From Ostreococcus lucimarinus (lineage: Eukaryota): DNA of 64,000 nt. This document shows, piece by piece, positions 34,161 through 47,765 of this stretch. The stretch's first letter is position 1. Each line of letters opens with the position of its first letter. A program made the position numbers and the translations under genes. Under the pieces are notes generated by a model. That model had not been told where the DNA came from. It saw nothing but the letters and a program-made list of their open reading frames with translations, and searched no databases. The stretch lies in the NCBI GenBank assembly GCA_000092065.1, contig CP000582.1. One strand, 5' to 3'.

Positions 34161-34741
34161 ATGAGTATCCCGAGTGTGAGTAGCATTGTGATCTTAGATG
34201 ACGAAGGGAAGCGGGTCGCAGTCAAGTATTACGAAACATTGAAGTACGTCATTTCTCTCTCCATAACTTTGCCTAGATGAATGTCCATTCTTGTAGGCGC
34301 GCACGAGACGTACAGTTCACGTTTGAGCGAAATTTGTTTACCAAGTCGTCCCATTTAAGTGGGAAAGGCGAAGTAGAACTTCTGATTCTCGATGACTACA
34401 TCGCTGTCCACAAAGCCAGCCACGACTTGCGTTTCTATGTAGCTGCACGTCACGATGAAAACGAATTGATTTTAGTATCAGTTCTTGAAACTTTGTATGA
34501 GGCACTTTGTACTCTTTTGAGAGGAGTAGTCGACAAACACGCTGCATTAGAAAACCTTGACCTCGTCCTATTAGTCATCGACGAGTTAATAGATGGTGGG
34601 CTTATATTGGAAACAGATCCGACCACTATTGTGAATCGTGTTTCGATGGAAGAAAGTATGGAGCACTCCCTTACAGAACAAACCATTTCTCAAGCGCTGG
34701 CCACGGCTCGTGAACAGATATCTCGTAACTTATTACGCTGA
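34161..34741 (+). CDS. COPZ: Coatomer zeta subunit (COPZ), two exons.
   Basis: Exon 1 is 34161..34243 (MSIPSVSSIVILDDEGKRVAVKYYETL). A 53-nt intron GTACGT..TTGTAG spans about 34244-34296. Exon 2 from about 34297 reads RARDVQFTFERNLF..LRFYVAARHDENELILVSVLETLYEAL..LENLDLVLLVIDELIDGGLILETDP, colinear with COPZ1. Confidence 0.8.
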
Positions 34742-35259
34742 CCGTGACTGAATGTACATAATTCGCACTTAATATGAAAAAATTCTTCATTACAACACGC
34801 CTACGCCACGATGAACTTCACTGTGCTTTCTGCGAGACCTTGCTGATTTGAAATGAGGTGACCACATTGCGAAGCTCCTTAAAGTTCTCTTAAGAAAGTG
34901 ATAGGTGAATGAAGATTGAAAACATACCTGTTCCGATGTACTCCATTGCTTCTCGCTAGCTGCCACCGTAGCAATAACGACATAGTTCTGAAGAAACATA
35001 ACGTGAAAGTTTCATGTAAAAGTAAAGTCTCCTTACCTGAGAAGTTGTCACGCAAGCTAGATTGTGGAGCCCATATGCCGCAAACGGCGTCAGCAGCTCG
35101 TACTACGCACAACTCTTAGCACGTACTGGTAAAGTTCGTTAGAGATAAGAAAACCTGATAATATCCTCGATTATTCTTGGAATATTGCTCTTGTGAGATG
35201 ATCTCTTCCTGTTCAACAGCCACACTATCGGAAATCTTAGCCTTAAATCAAGAGTTAAA

Positions 35260-35660
35260 TCATTCTCTCGCGCACCTTCCGGTGATGGCGGGTGAAACAG
35301 CATTTAAAACACTATCCAACGTTCCAACCGATTCAATTTCAGGCGACTTTTCTGTTATCATTAATTTGTTCGTTGGAATGATGATGACCTGAAGTGTTCC
35401 AGCAGTAGGGCTCGCAAACTGCACCTCTGTAGTCGCCTTCGAAAAGATGAATTTCGCTTCTCCGCGCGGTAAATGAAAGAGTACCTCATCACATCTTGGT
35501 TGACAGTAGTTTCCACTTTTCGCATTGCTAACTGGGATCTTTTTGTGACAATGTGAGACAAAATAAGCAACCCGTCTCAACAGCAAAGAACGCACCTCTT
35601 TCCAGTCTCCAGGCAAAGATATTTTATACGGTTCAATCGCACCAGCCCTTATAAAACATG
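35260..35660 (-). CDS. NECAP-like (adaptin ear-binding coat-associated protein, PHear domain). The remaining exons are unresolved.
   Basis: YKISLPGDWKEVRSLL..PRCDEVLFHLPRGEAKFIFSKATTEVQFASP parallels the NECAP PHear domain (RASDWK..RLRITSKGKTAYIKLED..GELFAQAP). Confidence 0.4.
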
Positions 35661-37588
35661 ATGATGAACGATGAGAAAACTATCGCGTCATTAGACCGAA
35701 CCTCAACGCTGGAGTACGGGTTTGTCCAGCTTCAAATACAAAATACCCAGACTAGTGCACTTTAGGAACAACAGCTTTGGAAAACAAGGGTTTGCTTACC
35801 ACGTCCACAGAAGCAGGAAGATATGCGCTGACCTACATATATGATATAACACTCATCAGTAGTTATATTGTCATCGCACCTGTTTCCCATCCTGGCATTT
35901 CTACTTGAGACAGAACGTAGAGTAAAGACCCGAGCGACTTACCTCGAAAGCCTCGACCGAACCGGTGTGCAAGATGCTGAACACTCCACTCAGTGCAATT
36001 CCGTTAAACTCACGCCTCGTTGCGGCGCAGGTTTTGCACTTTGTGATAAGTGAACTACCGCCGGTGTGCTTTTTGTACTTCGACGAAATTCCACGTCCTC
36101 TGTCTGGCCTCGACTTTGCGAATCGCTGATTCGCTTCGTTTTTGATTCCGCGCGCGCGCGATGCCGTTATCGATATTATCATTGCTGCGGTAGAGCTGTT
36201 TGGATCGAACCGCGGGTCGCAACCGTTTTACGTTCGAGCGAGGCCAGTCAGCGCTTCAGTCGGACCTGAGTCGCCGGCTATCGAAGTTTTTTTGTCGAAA
36301 GTGTATACTTGGTAGTGGTAGTTTGCGAATTTAAGTACGCGTAAAAGGGTAAGCACGCGCAAAAGGGTAAGCATGCGTGTATAAGTAAGTAATCGCGTGT
36401 GTCACCTGCTCGATAGCACCTATTTTTTCGGAAGCTCGCCACGTCGAGACGACCCGTCCTTCCCGCGCAGTTGACGGACTTTGCTAGGTGCACGTACGAA
36501 ATACCGTGAAACCTGAGCTGAATTCATCCCTGACCGCGCATGACAAAAGATTGCACGTTCGCGCATTTTTGCGACTCGTCCTCTTCGTTAACGCGAAGGA
36601 GCCCAACCACGGTGAGATTCCAAGATCTTTATTTTCGTTCATTCACAGATGTTGACGAAGGTGAGAGTAAGCTTCAAGTACAAACATCGAGAAGGTCTAG
36701 TGCGCATGTCTATTGTTGCGGGAAAAGTACGCTTTTGAATCGTAGACTCGGCCAACACTTCACAGCTTCGGTATTTCTACAGGATTTTGCTACTCACTCA
36801 ACGCGGACAGTCGTCGAAGCTCGCAGAATAATAGAACTAAGTTCCAGTCTACTATCACTTTTATCGAAATAACCGTTTGAACATTGCAAAAGACAAGCTC
36901 ACTATCAGTAGCCCTAGTACCACAGTAGCGTGGGAGCGGGTTAGACCGCCCCTTCTCCCAACGTGGTTGGTTTGAAAGATAGATGACAAGTAGAAATGGG
37001 CGTATTCTGAAACGTAGCTAGTCGACATGCCTTACAGATACCGCGACACCATGTAACTCAGATCCATCTAGATTTTCTACGGCTTGTTCACTGTCTAACC
37101 TAGCCAATTCATTAGACAGAGTGAAAGCTTGTGTCACCGATCTCACCTGGAAACATAAGTCACAACTACCGTCTTTCCTGAGTGTTTGCGCATGTCAACG
37201 TCTGATACTTTGCCAAAAGCCCCGAAGACATGTTCAATGTCCTGTCTGGACATAGATTCCACAATTGGACTAAGCTGCACTTTACTACCGGTAAACGTGC
37301 TCTTCATCTCTCGCAAGTGATGAATGGCCAGGTTGGGTGAAGGCTCTTCTGTCGCCAAATGTGTTTCGGACAATATATGTTTCGAACAAAGCTATAACAG
37401 ACACTATCGCATGGACCGCCGCATTGAGCCACGTAGACGGTTTCTGAGCACTGGTACGACTGGCACGTTCGCCGACGAAATGTCACTCCTGGCAGTTGGG
37501 CCTCGAAACCCTCGACGGGGATTGAACTAAATCCTGGATTCTCGCTTTGCGTATAATATCACACAATAATCGAAGACATTGTTGATAG

Positions 37589-39313
<1,725 letters not shown>

Positions 39314-39415
39314 GGATCATTTACATCAGTGCGATATCAACTGTCGTACTGAGCTAAATGGGACGGACACCAAGTTTTGTAATATCCAATCAACGAAGCA
39401 ACTTCAATTGTTCCA

Positions 39416-40639
39416 TCAAACTGTTTGAGATGCAACGTCTACATCGTCGAAAAGTAGCAAAAGTTCGTCTAAGCGCATAGTGGTCACTTCTAAATCTTTT
39501 AGTACCTCTCTTTTAAGTGGCTTGCTAGACCACATTCGCTCGTTCTTTACAATTCCTGTGCGATATCGCCGTACCTCAAAGAGCTTTCGTAAATGAACAT
39601 TTGTCAAAGCCTGAATAAGTTCACGTTTTACAGTCTTTTCGACGTCAGAACAGTCCACACGCCACAGATAGTTCGTTCTTGATGGAGCATGATCATGCGT
39701 GCGGGCTATTTCCTGCATCTGCACGTATCCAAATTTCAACAACTTGTAAAGAATGTCTCGAGTATCCTTCACGGGAACCATGGATAATTCAGCAACCTGT
39801 TTCTGCTCAAGTTGATTTCGAATCAAAACTCTAAAAATACGAAGAGCCTGTGCTCCTAAACGTGTTTTGATAACCGCTTCGACATGCTTTTGCCGTCTCA
39901 AATGAACGTCGACGTCACTCGCCGAGCGTTCCACACTCAAAAGTCTGGTGTCTTCTTCTTTCAGGCGTCCAAGCGCAGCATCGAGCGAACGCGGATTTAG
40001 ACGCAGAAAACTCGATGAACTATCGTTTTCTTGCGTTTCCGATGGCATGTGTTCCTGATCTGTTCGCGTACAGGCTCTGTCCAAGTTCACACATGTTTTG
40101 TCGTAGCGTACACGTTGCAGCAGCTGGATTTCTAAGAGGTCACAAATCGCTTTATGAACATCGGCACTGCGTAGAGAGCTTTCTGAAGGCACTTGTTGCA
40201 CGATTGACATGATTTGATTCACCGACATCGCTCCATGTAATGCAATCGTAAGAAGCACCATAAAGTGCTCTTGTGTATGCTTGGTTTTTGCATAAAGCGC
40301 ATATCTGGAGAACCTCTGTCTACACCTTATGTAAGCCAGGTTGATCCTGTACGTATAAACTATTCGCGATGATGTCGGCTTCTGTGACTTGTGCACCGAG
40401 GTGATGCAACCATGCTTGATTAAAGTATACAAGATAGCACCACACGTCCGTCGTCGGAAAGGCACCAAGTGCACAATATACTCGAAGGTTAAATTGTCTC
40501 GTTGCGAAACCGCTTCAAAGACTTTTCGGGCTGCCAGACCAAACTCATCTTGGATTATTTGGACAGCGAGATCTATTTCCTTTCGTGAATGCATACCGTG
40601 AGCGGCACGAAGAGCTGTGAGTCGAAGGGGTTCGCGCAA
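39416..40639 (-). CDS. Winged-helix-repeat protein resembling RNA polymerase III subunit RPC3/RPC82.
   Basis: A 407-aa ORF with repeated winged-helix-like segments (ALRIFRVLIRNQ.., TNYLWRVD). Family-level resemblance only. Confidence 0.35.
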   Translation of the reverse strand: MREPLRLTALRAAHGMHSRKEIDLAVQIIQDEFGLAARKVFEAVSQRDNLTFEYIVHLVPFRRRTCGAILYTLIKHGCITSVHKSQKPTSSRIVYTYRINLAYIRCRQRFSRYALYAKTKHTQEHFMVLLTIALHGAMSVNQIMSIVQQVPSESSLRSADVHKAICDLLEIQLLQRVRYDKTCVNLDRACTRTDQEHMPSETQENDSSSSFLRLNPRSLDAALGRLKEEDTRLLSVERSASDVDVHLRRQKHVEAVIKTRLGAQALRIFRVLIRNQLEQKQVAELSMVPVKDTRDILYKLLKFGYVQMQEIARTHDHAPSRTNYLWRVDCSDVEKTVKRELIQALTNVHLRKLFEVRRYRTGIVKNERMWSSKPLKREVLKDLEVTTMRLDELLLLFDDVDVASQTV

Positions 40640-40668
40640 CTTTTTGCTTCACGCCTGTCGGCTTCGCG

Positions 40669-40799
40669 GGAAAAATTTATATATCGCCCCTTTAGAGAGT
40701 ACCTACACACATGACGAGTCATGAACCGTGGATATATACGTATTTAATACGTATCATGTGTGTAGGTACTCTCTAAAGGGGCGATATATAAATTTTTCC
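40669..40799. mobile_element. Minimal foldback copy (about 131 bp) of the 88-bp-TIR element family: two terminal inverted repeats back to back.
   Basis: ggaaaaatttatatatcgcccctttagagagtacctacacacatga ... tcatgtgtgtaggtactctctaaaggggcgatatataaatttttcc is a perfect ~45-bp palindromic arm pair. Apart from one or two substitutions it is identical to the TIRs at 56620 and 57474. Confidence 0.6.
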
Positions 40800-41065
40800 A
40801 CTGTTCAGAGCAAAAAGAACCTTAGGCATACAAACAAATGGAGTGTTGTACTTCAAGTATGATTCGTCTACAATTCTACTTCACCCATCGTATCATCATC
40901 AGTATCGCTACCGCGTTCTTCCACTTTGTTCAAGTTTGTGATTTGCTCAGCAAGAAGTTTGTCGTCACGTTCGCTCACAACTCGCGCGCTTTCTTTTATC
41001 AGTAACTTTCCGCCTTTAGATGTGATGTATTCCTAAGATTTTATCAAGTCTTTGCGATGTGTACA

Positions 41066-42072
41066 CTAAATTATTCTCACCTGTAAGACACTTATGGCTT
41101 TATCCACCAAACTGATTCCAAACTCCCGTTCAGACGTTTGAGTTGAAAGAACATACAGTGGAGAAGCGACTAAAGACATCTTCACTTTGCAATCTTCCGT
41201 CGAGACAAGTTCGGCAGCACGCATAGCACTCTTAATATGGAGAACGCCGTCGTACTGGAAACAAGTCAACTCAACGTCAGCTCTGATTTTTAGCGGCTGT
41301 GGTGTCATCCGTCTTCGAATATCTTTGAGCAGCGTAAGGGCAACTGATTCGTCAACTGTTTGATTATCTTCGTCTCCAGATGCACGAAATTCTGCGATCT
41401 CTCGGTGAAGTAAGCTGGAGTCCATGACAAACATTTTGAATGCATCGAATGCGTGACCATACTTCCTATAGAGAGGCCAACCAATGGACTACAAAAGGGT
41501 CACAGTCCGCAGCAACAAGTTTGGACACAGTATACCTTGTATAATGTTTCGGGAAGCGTCCCTGTCGTCTCCGAAACGTGTCTGATGATAGAATGAACCA
41601 CCTTGCTTTTGTTGAACTTGATCTCACATGCTTCAACATCTTCAGGGGACACTCGTCTGAATGATAGTGAGTGACTGCAAAGAACTTCAGTACGTGCATA
41701 CCTTTTTGAAAGGTCAATGTAACCCTTCTCTTCGTCAACACGCAGCACCATCGCTGGCTCAATTCTACCGACCTGGAAGCAAACTAAGAATTATCTTCCT
41801 GGAAAATGCTGCGGTACAGATCCTACCTTTATGAGCTTCGAAACTGAACGAATACGTCTTCTGGTCAGTTCTGACAACAAAATCATGCCTTCAATGTTGT
41901 CATATTCCAGTAGCTGAACGTAAGCACCCATTTCTGCTATGCTTTTGACCTATCTCACAGCATTCGAAATAGGAAGCTAGCAGTATGACGAGCGTGTTTA
42001 CCTGTACCATAACAACCTGGTCGATCTCTGGAAACCTCTCGGCGTACATTCTACACTCAGGGGCCTTCATTG
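41066..42072 (-). CDS. SUI2: Translation initiation factor eIF2 alpha subunit, multi-exon.
   Basis: Minus-strand exons: [23 protein letters not shown] (ATG near 42070), [41 protein letters not shown] (about 41830-41950), and [35 protein letters not shown]. That last exon contains an in-frame 45-nt intron (GTATGC..TTCAG) that ORF 41500..41751 reads through. The C-terminal part follows: [43 protein letters not shown]. Confidence 0.85.
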
Positions 42073-45000
42073 CGAAGTAAGGTCAACTCAAGCTGACGAA
42101 CAGGGGGCAACTAACCATGTTGTAGTAGAGCACTTTTTTGTTTTTCACGTTCTTGCGCTGTCCGCTTCTGCGCTCGGTTGGCTGTGCGCTTGTGCGGGTT
42201 CTTTTTGTTTTGTTTTTAGTAACATTTTTTATTTTTTTGTCTTAGATTGTGTTCTTTATAGTCGATGTGAATGGTTCAATACGATCAAATATGACATGCT
42301 GCACCGCGCCTCGCTTTGTCTCGGTTGCCCTGAGCAACTGGGACGACCAGTCGCTCCAGTCGTCACGTCGCTCCAAGTGTGTCAGGCAGCATAGCACGGA
42401 CGACTGCATATGATGTGTGCGGATATCACAAGACCTTTGTGTGTACTGCAGCCGACAATCTCTCATCGCAGGTTGGTCCGGACTTCGGCGCGTAAAACCA
42501 CCAGTGAAACGTCTTTCTCGCCTCGGGTCGTCGACGTCGAAAGTTTTGAGGCGTACGGACAGGCACGAATAGCATCGATGAACAAATGCGCAACGAAATT
42601 TAATTTTGCGCAGATAATCTCATCGCAAGAAGACGGAGCGAGATTTTCGATCGAGCGGGTGAGTTAAGTTGAGCAGCTCCCGAAAACACTGACAGTAGCA
42701 AAGGAAGCAAAACTCGACTTAGCAGAAGGTGTACCGAGACTGTATATGATGCGACTTCGCAATAAAGGTGGTCGTCTTCAATTCGATGAGATGAATTATC
42801 ACGGCCTTTCCTCTCAATCGCTCAGTTCTGTTTCAGAGCTAGACTGGTATGCGTTATTCGTATTTGACAGCTCAAATAGGCGTTGTGACACTTAAGATTC
42901 CAGGTTCATCGCTGTATCCAGGGCTACATTCTCAGAAGAACAATTTCCTTCACACGATGATATTGAAGTATTTCGGATCCCAGGTGTGGGATCTATAAAA
43001 TCCAAGAAGCTCAGAAATATTCACCTCTGACAGGACATGTTGCCATCAATCTCAATAAAGGCACGTGGCATGCTGGTCCCCTTTTTAGCGTAAGTATCGT
43101 GATTCGAATGCTGTGTCTCTGAATCTGATGGTTGTGAATATAAGGAAGACGAGCGGGATTTCTTAAACCTCGAACTGATGGATACAAACACGAAAGATCG
43201 TTATGGTCACAAGTATGAGGACAGTGGAACTCGTTTCACAATAGAACTGTGACGATGGTGTAGCATCATTTTGTAAGTATCCATTACTATCGCACAAACA
43301 GGCAGTATTACCGTAGCTATAGTCCATCAGGAATATACCAACTGACTAGCAACACTTGTAGAGACACTTACCCCGCATCCGCGCAACCACCAAACCTCAT
43401 TTCCACACTATCACGCCACTTCCTGCAGCGTGCAGCGAGGGCGAGAGAGTACCGAAGACTAGATCCTTCCGTACTGCACGTATAATTAGCACACTTGAGA
43501 TACAAGAATGGAGATTGCTTCTAAATATCAGGAGATAATTCGCGAAGTCATCAAAAATGTATCCGTACGTTGCCACGGGCTTTCACGCCAGTCCAAGTGT
43601 TCAGTACCACAAACAGGCAGAATTCACAGCGGAACACGTGAACGGGGAAGTTTTGAAACAACTCGAAAAGGCACGTACATTACAAGCGCTTGTTTCACGT
43701 TCTTGAACATCGTGGCAATAGTCGTGGGAACATAAATTGCTTCAGTCTGGCGCTCTTTCCGTGAACTCCGGTCTGAAAACCGCGCCGATAATACCTCACA
43801 GGGGTGACGCTTGCAGCAAAAGCATCGACGAGGATGACAAGTTCGTAGCACTTCAACTCGCTTCAACTTGTAGACTCACTGTCTTCATAGTAAACTGACA
43901 ACTGGAACGAGTGAACTTCAAGAAGTTGGACACGCAGCACCCAACCCCAAGGTAATACTTTTTCAACGGGTTATTTCAATATGTATTAAACAAGGTCATA
44001 CTCATAGGACGAGACGGGCACCAAACGAAAGGTTGAAATGTCGTGTTGTGATTATTTCAACTTCTTACTTTGCTTGTAGCGTGAAACTGACAAACCAGCC
44101 GTGCCTGATCTCGGCCAGGACGAAGTGATAAGCACAGATAGCGAAGATGATAATCTTGGTAAGCATTCACCTTTCATCGATAATCGTCTGTCATATTTTG
44201 AGTGTAGAAACGGAACCTGTTACTTCAAATTTGGTGCTTAGTCAGTTTGAGAAAGTGGGGAGAACAAAGAATAAATGGAAGTGTGCGTTCAGGGATGGTG
44301 TCATGTTACTAAATGGGACTGAGTATGTGTTCGGTAAGGCTACTGCGGAATTTCTTTGGTGACTTTTGTTCGTTCTCTTGTCCATTGTTACTAGAAATCT
44401 TTTTGTGCGACAAGCTGCGTATTTCTTCGTAGCAATATTTTGATTGTTACGGAAGACCGAGCAAATCGCTCTGTTATTAAAGCGTTCCCCCAACTCGCTA
44501 CAAAGAAGTAAGCGCTCTTCGACGACCTACTTCGTCTTCTAGCATGGCGTTTGCTGACTTAAGGAGACCAGAATAGTCATGCGAAGCTATCCGTAGCAGT
44601 TCAAGAAGGCAGTGCTTTATGTCGACAATTCGGACGTCTGAAGTAGTCTCAAATTTCATGCACCTGTGAAACGAACAGTATGCCGAGTCGAATTGTAACT
44701 GTCGACGAACTTGCTGATACCCACTCGAACTTGCCTCAGTTTCGAAGTTTGGAGAAGCTGTCTTTGCTCTCAGCAGAAGTTTTCGAAAGTTTGAGCTACC
44801 AGGGCGCGCGTCGCATTGACACTTCAACTCGGTGATTCTTGAGCGGGCGCGGTTGATTTCATGAGTCGCACCCTCGACATCTCGCTTGAGACTAGACATC
44901 TCTTTTTCATAAGCACGGCAAGCGGCAACGAGTTCTGTTAGCTTTTCTACGTTCACGGCCTTTTTCACTGAACAAAACTTTAAGAGTATCTTTAGTTTGA

Positions 45001-45280
45001 TAAACTGCACGCACTGCTAGATATTTGCATGTCTTCTTCCGAAATTCGTAGATGATCCTAAAGCGCGTCAGTTCTACACGAACTTCGAACTTCTTCAAAG
45101 TATACCTGCACGCTCTTCAGCAAATTGTCTTCGAACATCGTCAACCGTGACTTTGGTTTGAGCGCGACGTGCGCGTTGCGAGTCTAGTATAGAAGGTTTT
45201 ACGATATCATATACAGCCATATATGACTGAGGGCCTTGACAACAACATGTTTCGTTTCTTTGATTTTATATGTCATATCC

Positions 45281-45427
45281 GTATGTATTACTTTCCACGC
45301 CCTAATGTATGGGGTGTTAGCACTTCTCGATCGCCACGCGCGCGTTGTGGCGTCGTCGCGAGTTATTAGCACTTCGACGGCGCGCACATATTAGGGACGT
45401 GGAAAGTAATACATACTGATATGTGAG
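45281..45427. mobile_element. Short MITE-like element with ~26-bp terminal inverted repeats.
   Basis: gtatgtattactttccacgccctaat (45281-45306) against attagggacgtggaaagtaatacatac (45390-45416, one mismatch). An internal duplicated ttagcacttc and a GC palindrome lie between them. The terminal motif ggaaagtaatacatactgatat is shared with 13868-13890. Confidence 0.5.
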
Positions 45428-45556
45428 TAAAAATAAGTCGTCGCGCGGTTTGTCGAAGAGTTCAGCTGACCCTGACGAGAAAGCAGGCAGCAACATAGAA
45501 GGCGATAAACCATCGCGGCAGCTTCAGGGTCCGCGGGAAGGACTTTACTTGGACCG

Positions 45557-47334
45557 ATGCGATTGAATCCGTGCAGTTGCCAAGGAAGGCCGACTGGTGT
45601 ATCACATACTGGACGCTCAAGTGTACCACCTTCTGTGCGTCCACGAAATACGTCGTTCAATAGTTCATCACTCTTGAATTCAAGACAGTTAGCACGTGGT
45701 GAAGTGCGCTGCGCCTCATTGATACACAATCTCAGTCACGCTTTAAAGAGCGGAAAAATATCTGCAGTCGAGCTCACCAGCGCCTACCTTGATAGGGTGA
45801 GTAGCAATGTCATGACTCACCCACACACGGCTTGAACTGACTCTTTGGGGATAGATACGCTCAATAGATAACACTATTGGGAGTTTCGTACAGGTGGATT
45901 TTGCTGGTGCTATCGAACAGGTGAGAGTGTGCTCTGATACCATGTCCTTTGTTCAGAACTCAGTTTCTCGCACAGGCGAAACAAATTGATTCACGTATTG
46001 CGACCGGCCAAGATCTTCACATTCTTGCCGGTATTCCTCTCGCAATAAAAGACAATATTTGTCATCAGGATCTTTCCACGACAGCGGGCTCCAATCTCTT
46101 GAGAGCTCATCAGTCTTCGTATGATGCTGAAGTTGTCACAGTCCTGAAGGGTTGTGGCTCAGTGTTGATCGGAAAGACGAATATGGATGAGTTTGGTATG
46201 GGAAGTACGACTGAAACATCGGCCAACAAAGCAACTCATAACCCTTGGGATCTATCTCGAGTGCCTGGTGGTTCATCTGGGGGCTCTGCAGCGGCAGTGG
46301 CGGGGCAAATGTGTGCTGGTGCTTTGGGAAGTGACACTGGGGGTTCTATACGACAACCGGCAGCATTCTGCGGTGTTGTTGGCTTAAAGCCCACTTATGG
46401 CGCGATATCGAGGCATGGCCTCATAGCTTATTGCTCCACTTTTGACACCATTGGACCAATCGGCCCGACAGTGCAGGATGTGTCTTATATATTTGGTGCT
46501 CTTCAGAAGGACGGAAACATAAAGAAGATGCGTGACACAAGTTTACGGCATTCAAGCATTATCGAGACATCACTCCCACCGCAAGCTTCTCTTAGTTGCA
46601 GACCATACGAAGGTAGACGCTTTGCTGTAATAGCAGAGGCGATAGATGAAGGAGTCGCAGATGAAGTGAAATTTTCATTTTTTGACTCAGTTCGGCATAT
46701 AGAAAGTCTTGGAGGGGTGGTGGACCTCGTCTCGTGCAAAACGTTCCAAATGGGTCTACCTGCGTATTATGTCATGGCCGTTTCAGAGGCTAGCAGTAAT
46801 TTAGCTCGTTTTGATGGCGTTCGTGTGGGCAACCGTGAGGCATCATATGAGAGTGTTACTGACTCACTCGTCGGACATTTTAGACACAGTTATCTTGGTC
46901 CAGAAGTTCTTCGACGTATTCTCATGGGTACATATACACTATCTTCTGGTTACAGTGATGAATATTACGCTAGAGCAAAGTATGCTCAACGTCTTGTCCG
47001 TGATGAACTTATAAGCTACCTCAGCCAGTACGACGCTTTGCTGACCCCAGCTACGCCTGATGTTGCTTATACACGTGGGAGCAAAATCATGGATCCTTTG
47101 CAGATGTATACGGGAGATTTAATGACAGTCAACGTCAATCTTTCTGGCTTACCGGCTATCGTAGTGCGATCTGGAGTCCTCACTGTAGCAGAGGGTACAC
47201 ACCTCCCTATTGGTTTGCAGTTCATCGGTAAACATTTCGGTGAAGGTGAACTATTGCAGATAGCTCACATTTTCGAGATTTCACTAGATAGCGTCACCAA
47301 GTTTCCGGACGAAGAAATTTTCTCGTGGCTTTGA
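45557..47334 (+). CDS. gatA: Glutamyl-tRNA(Gln) amidotransferase subunit A (GatA, amidase signature family), organellar, multi-exon.
   Basis: The main exon 45949..47334 carries the amidase signature GGSSGGSAAAVA and GSDTGGSIRQPA and the K-S-S catalytic context (IAIKDNI). An upstream exon (about 45740-45800) reads ISAVELTSAYLDRV, typical of the GatA N-terminus, preceded by a basic S/R-rich presequence. GTGAGT donors are present. Confidence 0.85.
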
Positions 47335-47765
47335 TTATCGACTGACCTAGTCGAGGAAGATCTCAGACACAGGATGTGGAGTGGCAGACTGGTCTTGCGC
47401 AGATATTGTGCAGATTAGTACTGCTTCCCTTGACTTGATGTGGAGAATTCTACAGCCGATCAAACAAGCCCAAAACCATAAGCTACGCGTTAGTCTAAAT
47501 CACGCGTTAGAACCCTGTATTCTTAGTTCTCTGTACTCACTCCCTTGATCTACACTGTCTAAAACTCCCGAGAATTCCCGTCAGTTGGAGGCATACCTTG
47601 ACGACTGGACACGGCATAAAGGGGTCATTGCGAATGCGAAGACAATATACACACGGTTAATATTGCATATAAGCGTGCTTATCTGGAAAGCCGCTGCAGG
47701 CGAGGAGTTGCTTACCGGTATTACAAGTCTTCGAGACCGTTCAAGCACAAAACGTATAAGTCAAC

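Noticed and set aside
36170-36265. tRNA-like T-arm motif (ggatcgaaccgcggg on the plus strand, i.e. cccgcggttcgatcc on the minus strand) preceded by the GC-rich stem-loops gccggcgactcaggtccgactga
   Set aside because: I could not fold a complete cloverleaf. There is no complementary 3' T-stem, no acceptor-stem partner and no CCA context. At most it is a tRNA-derived relic or SINE fragment, so it is not reported as a tRNA gene.
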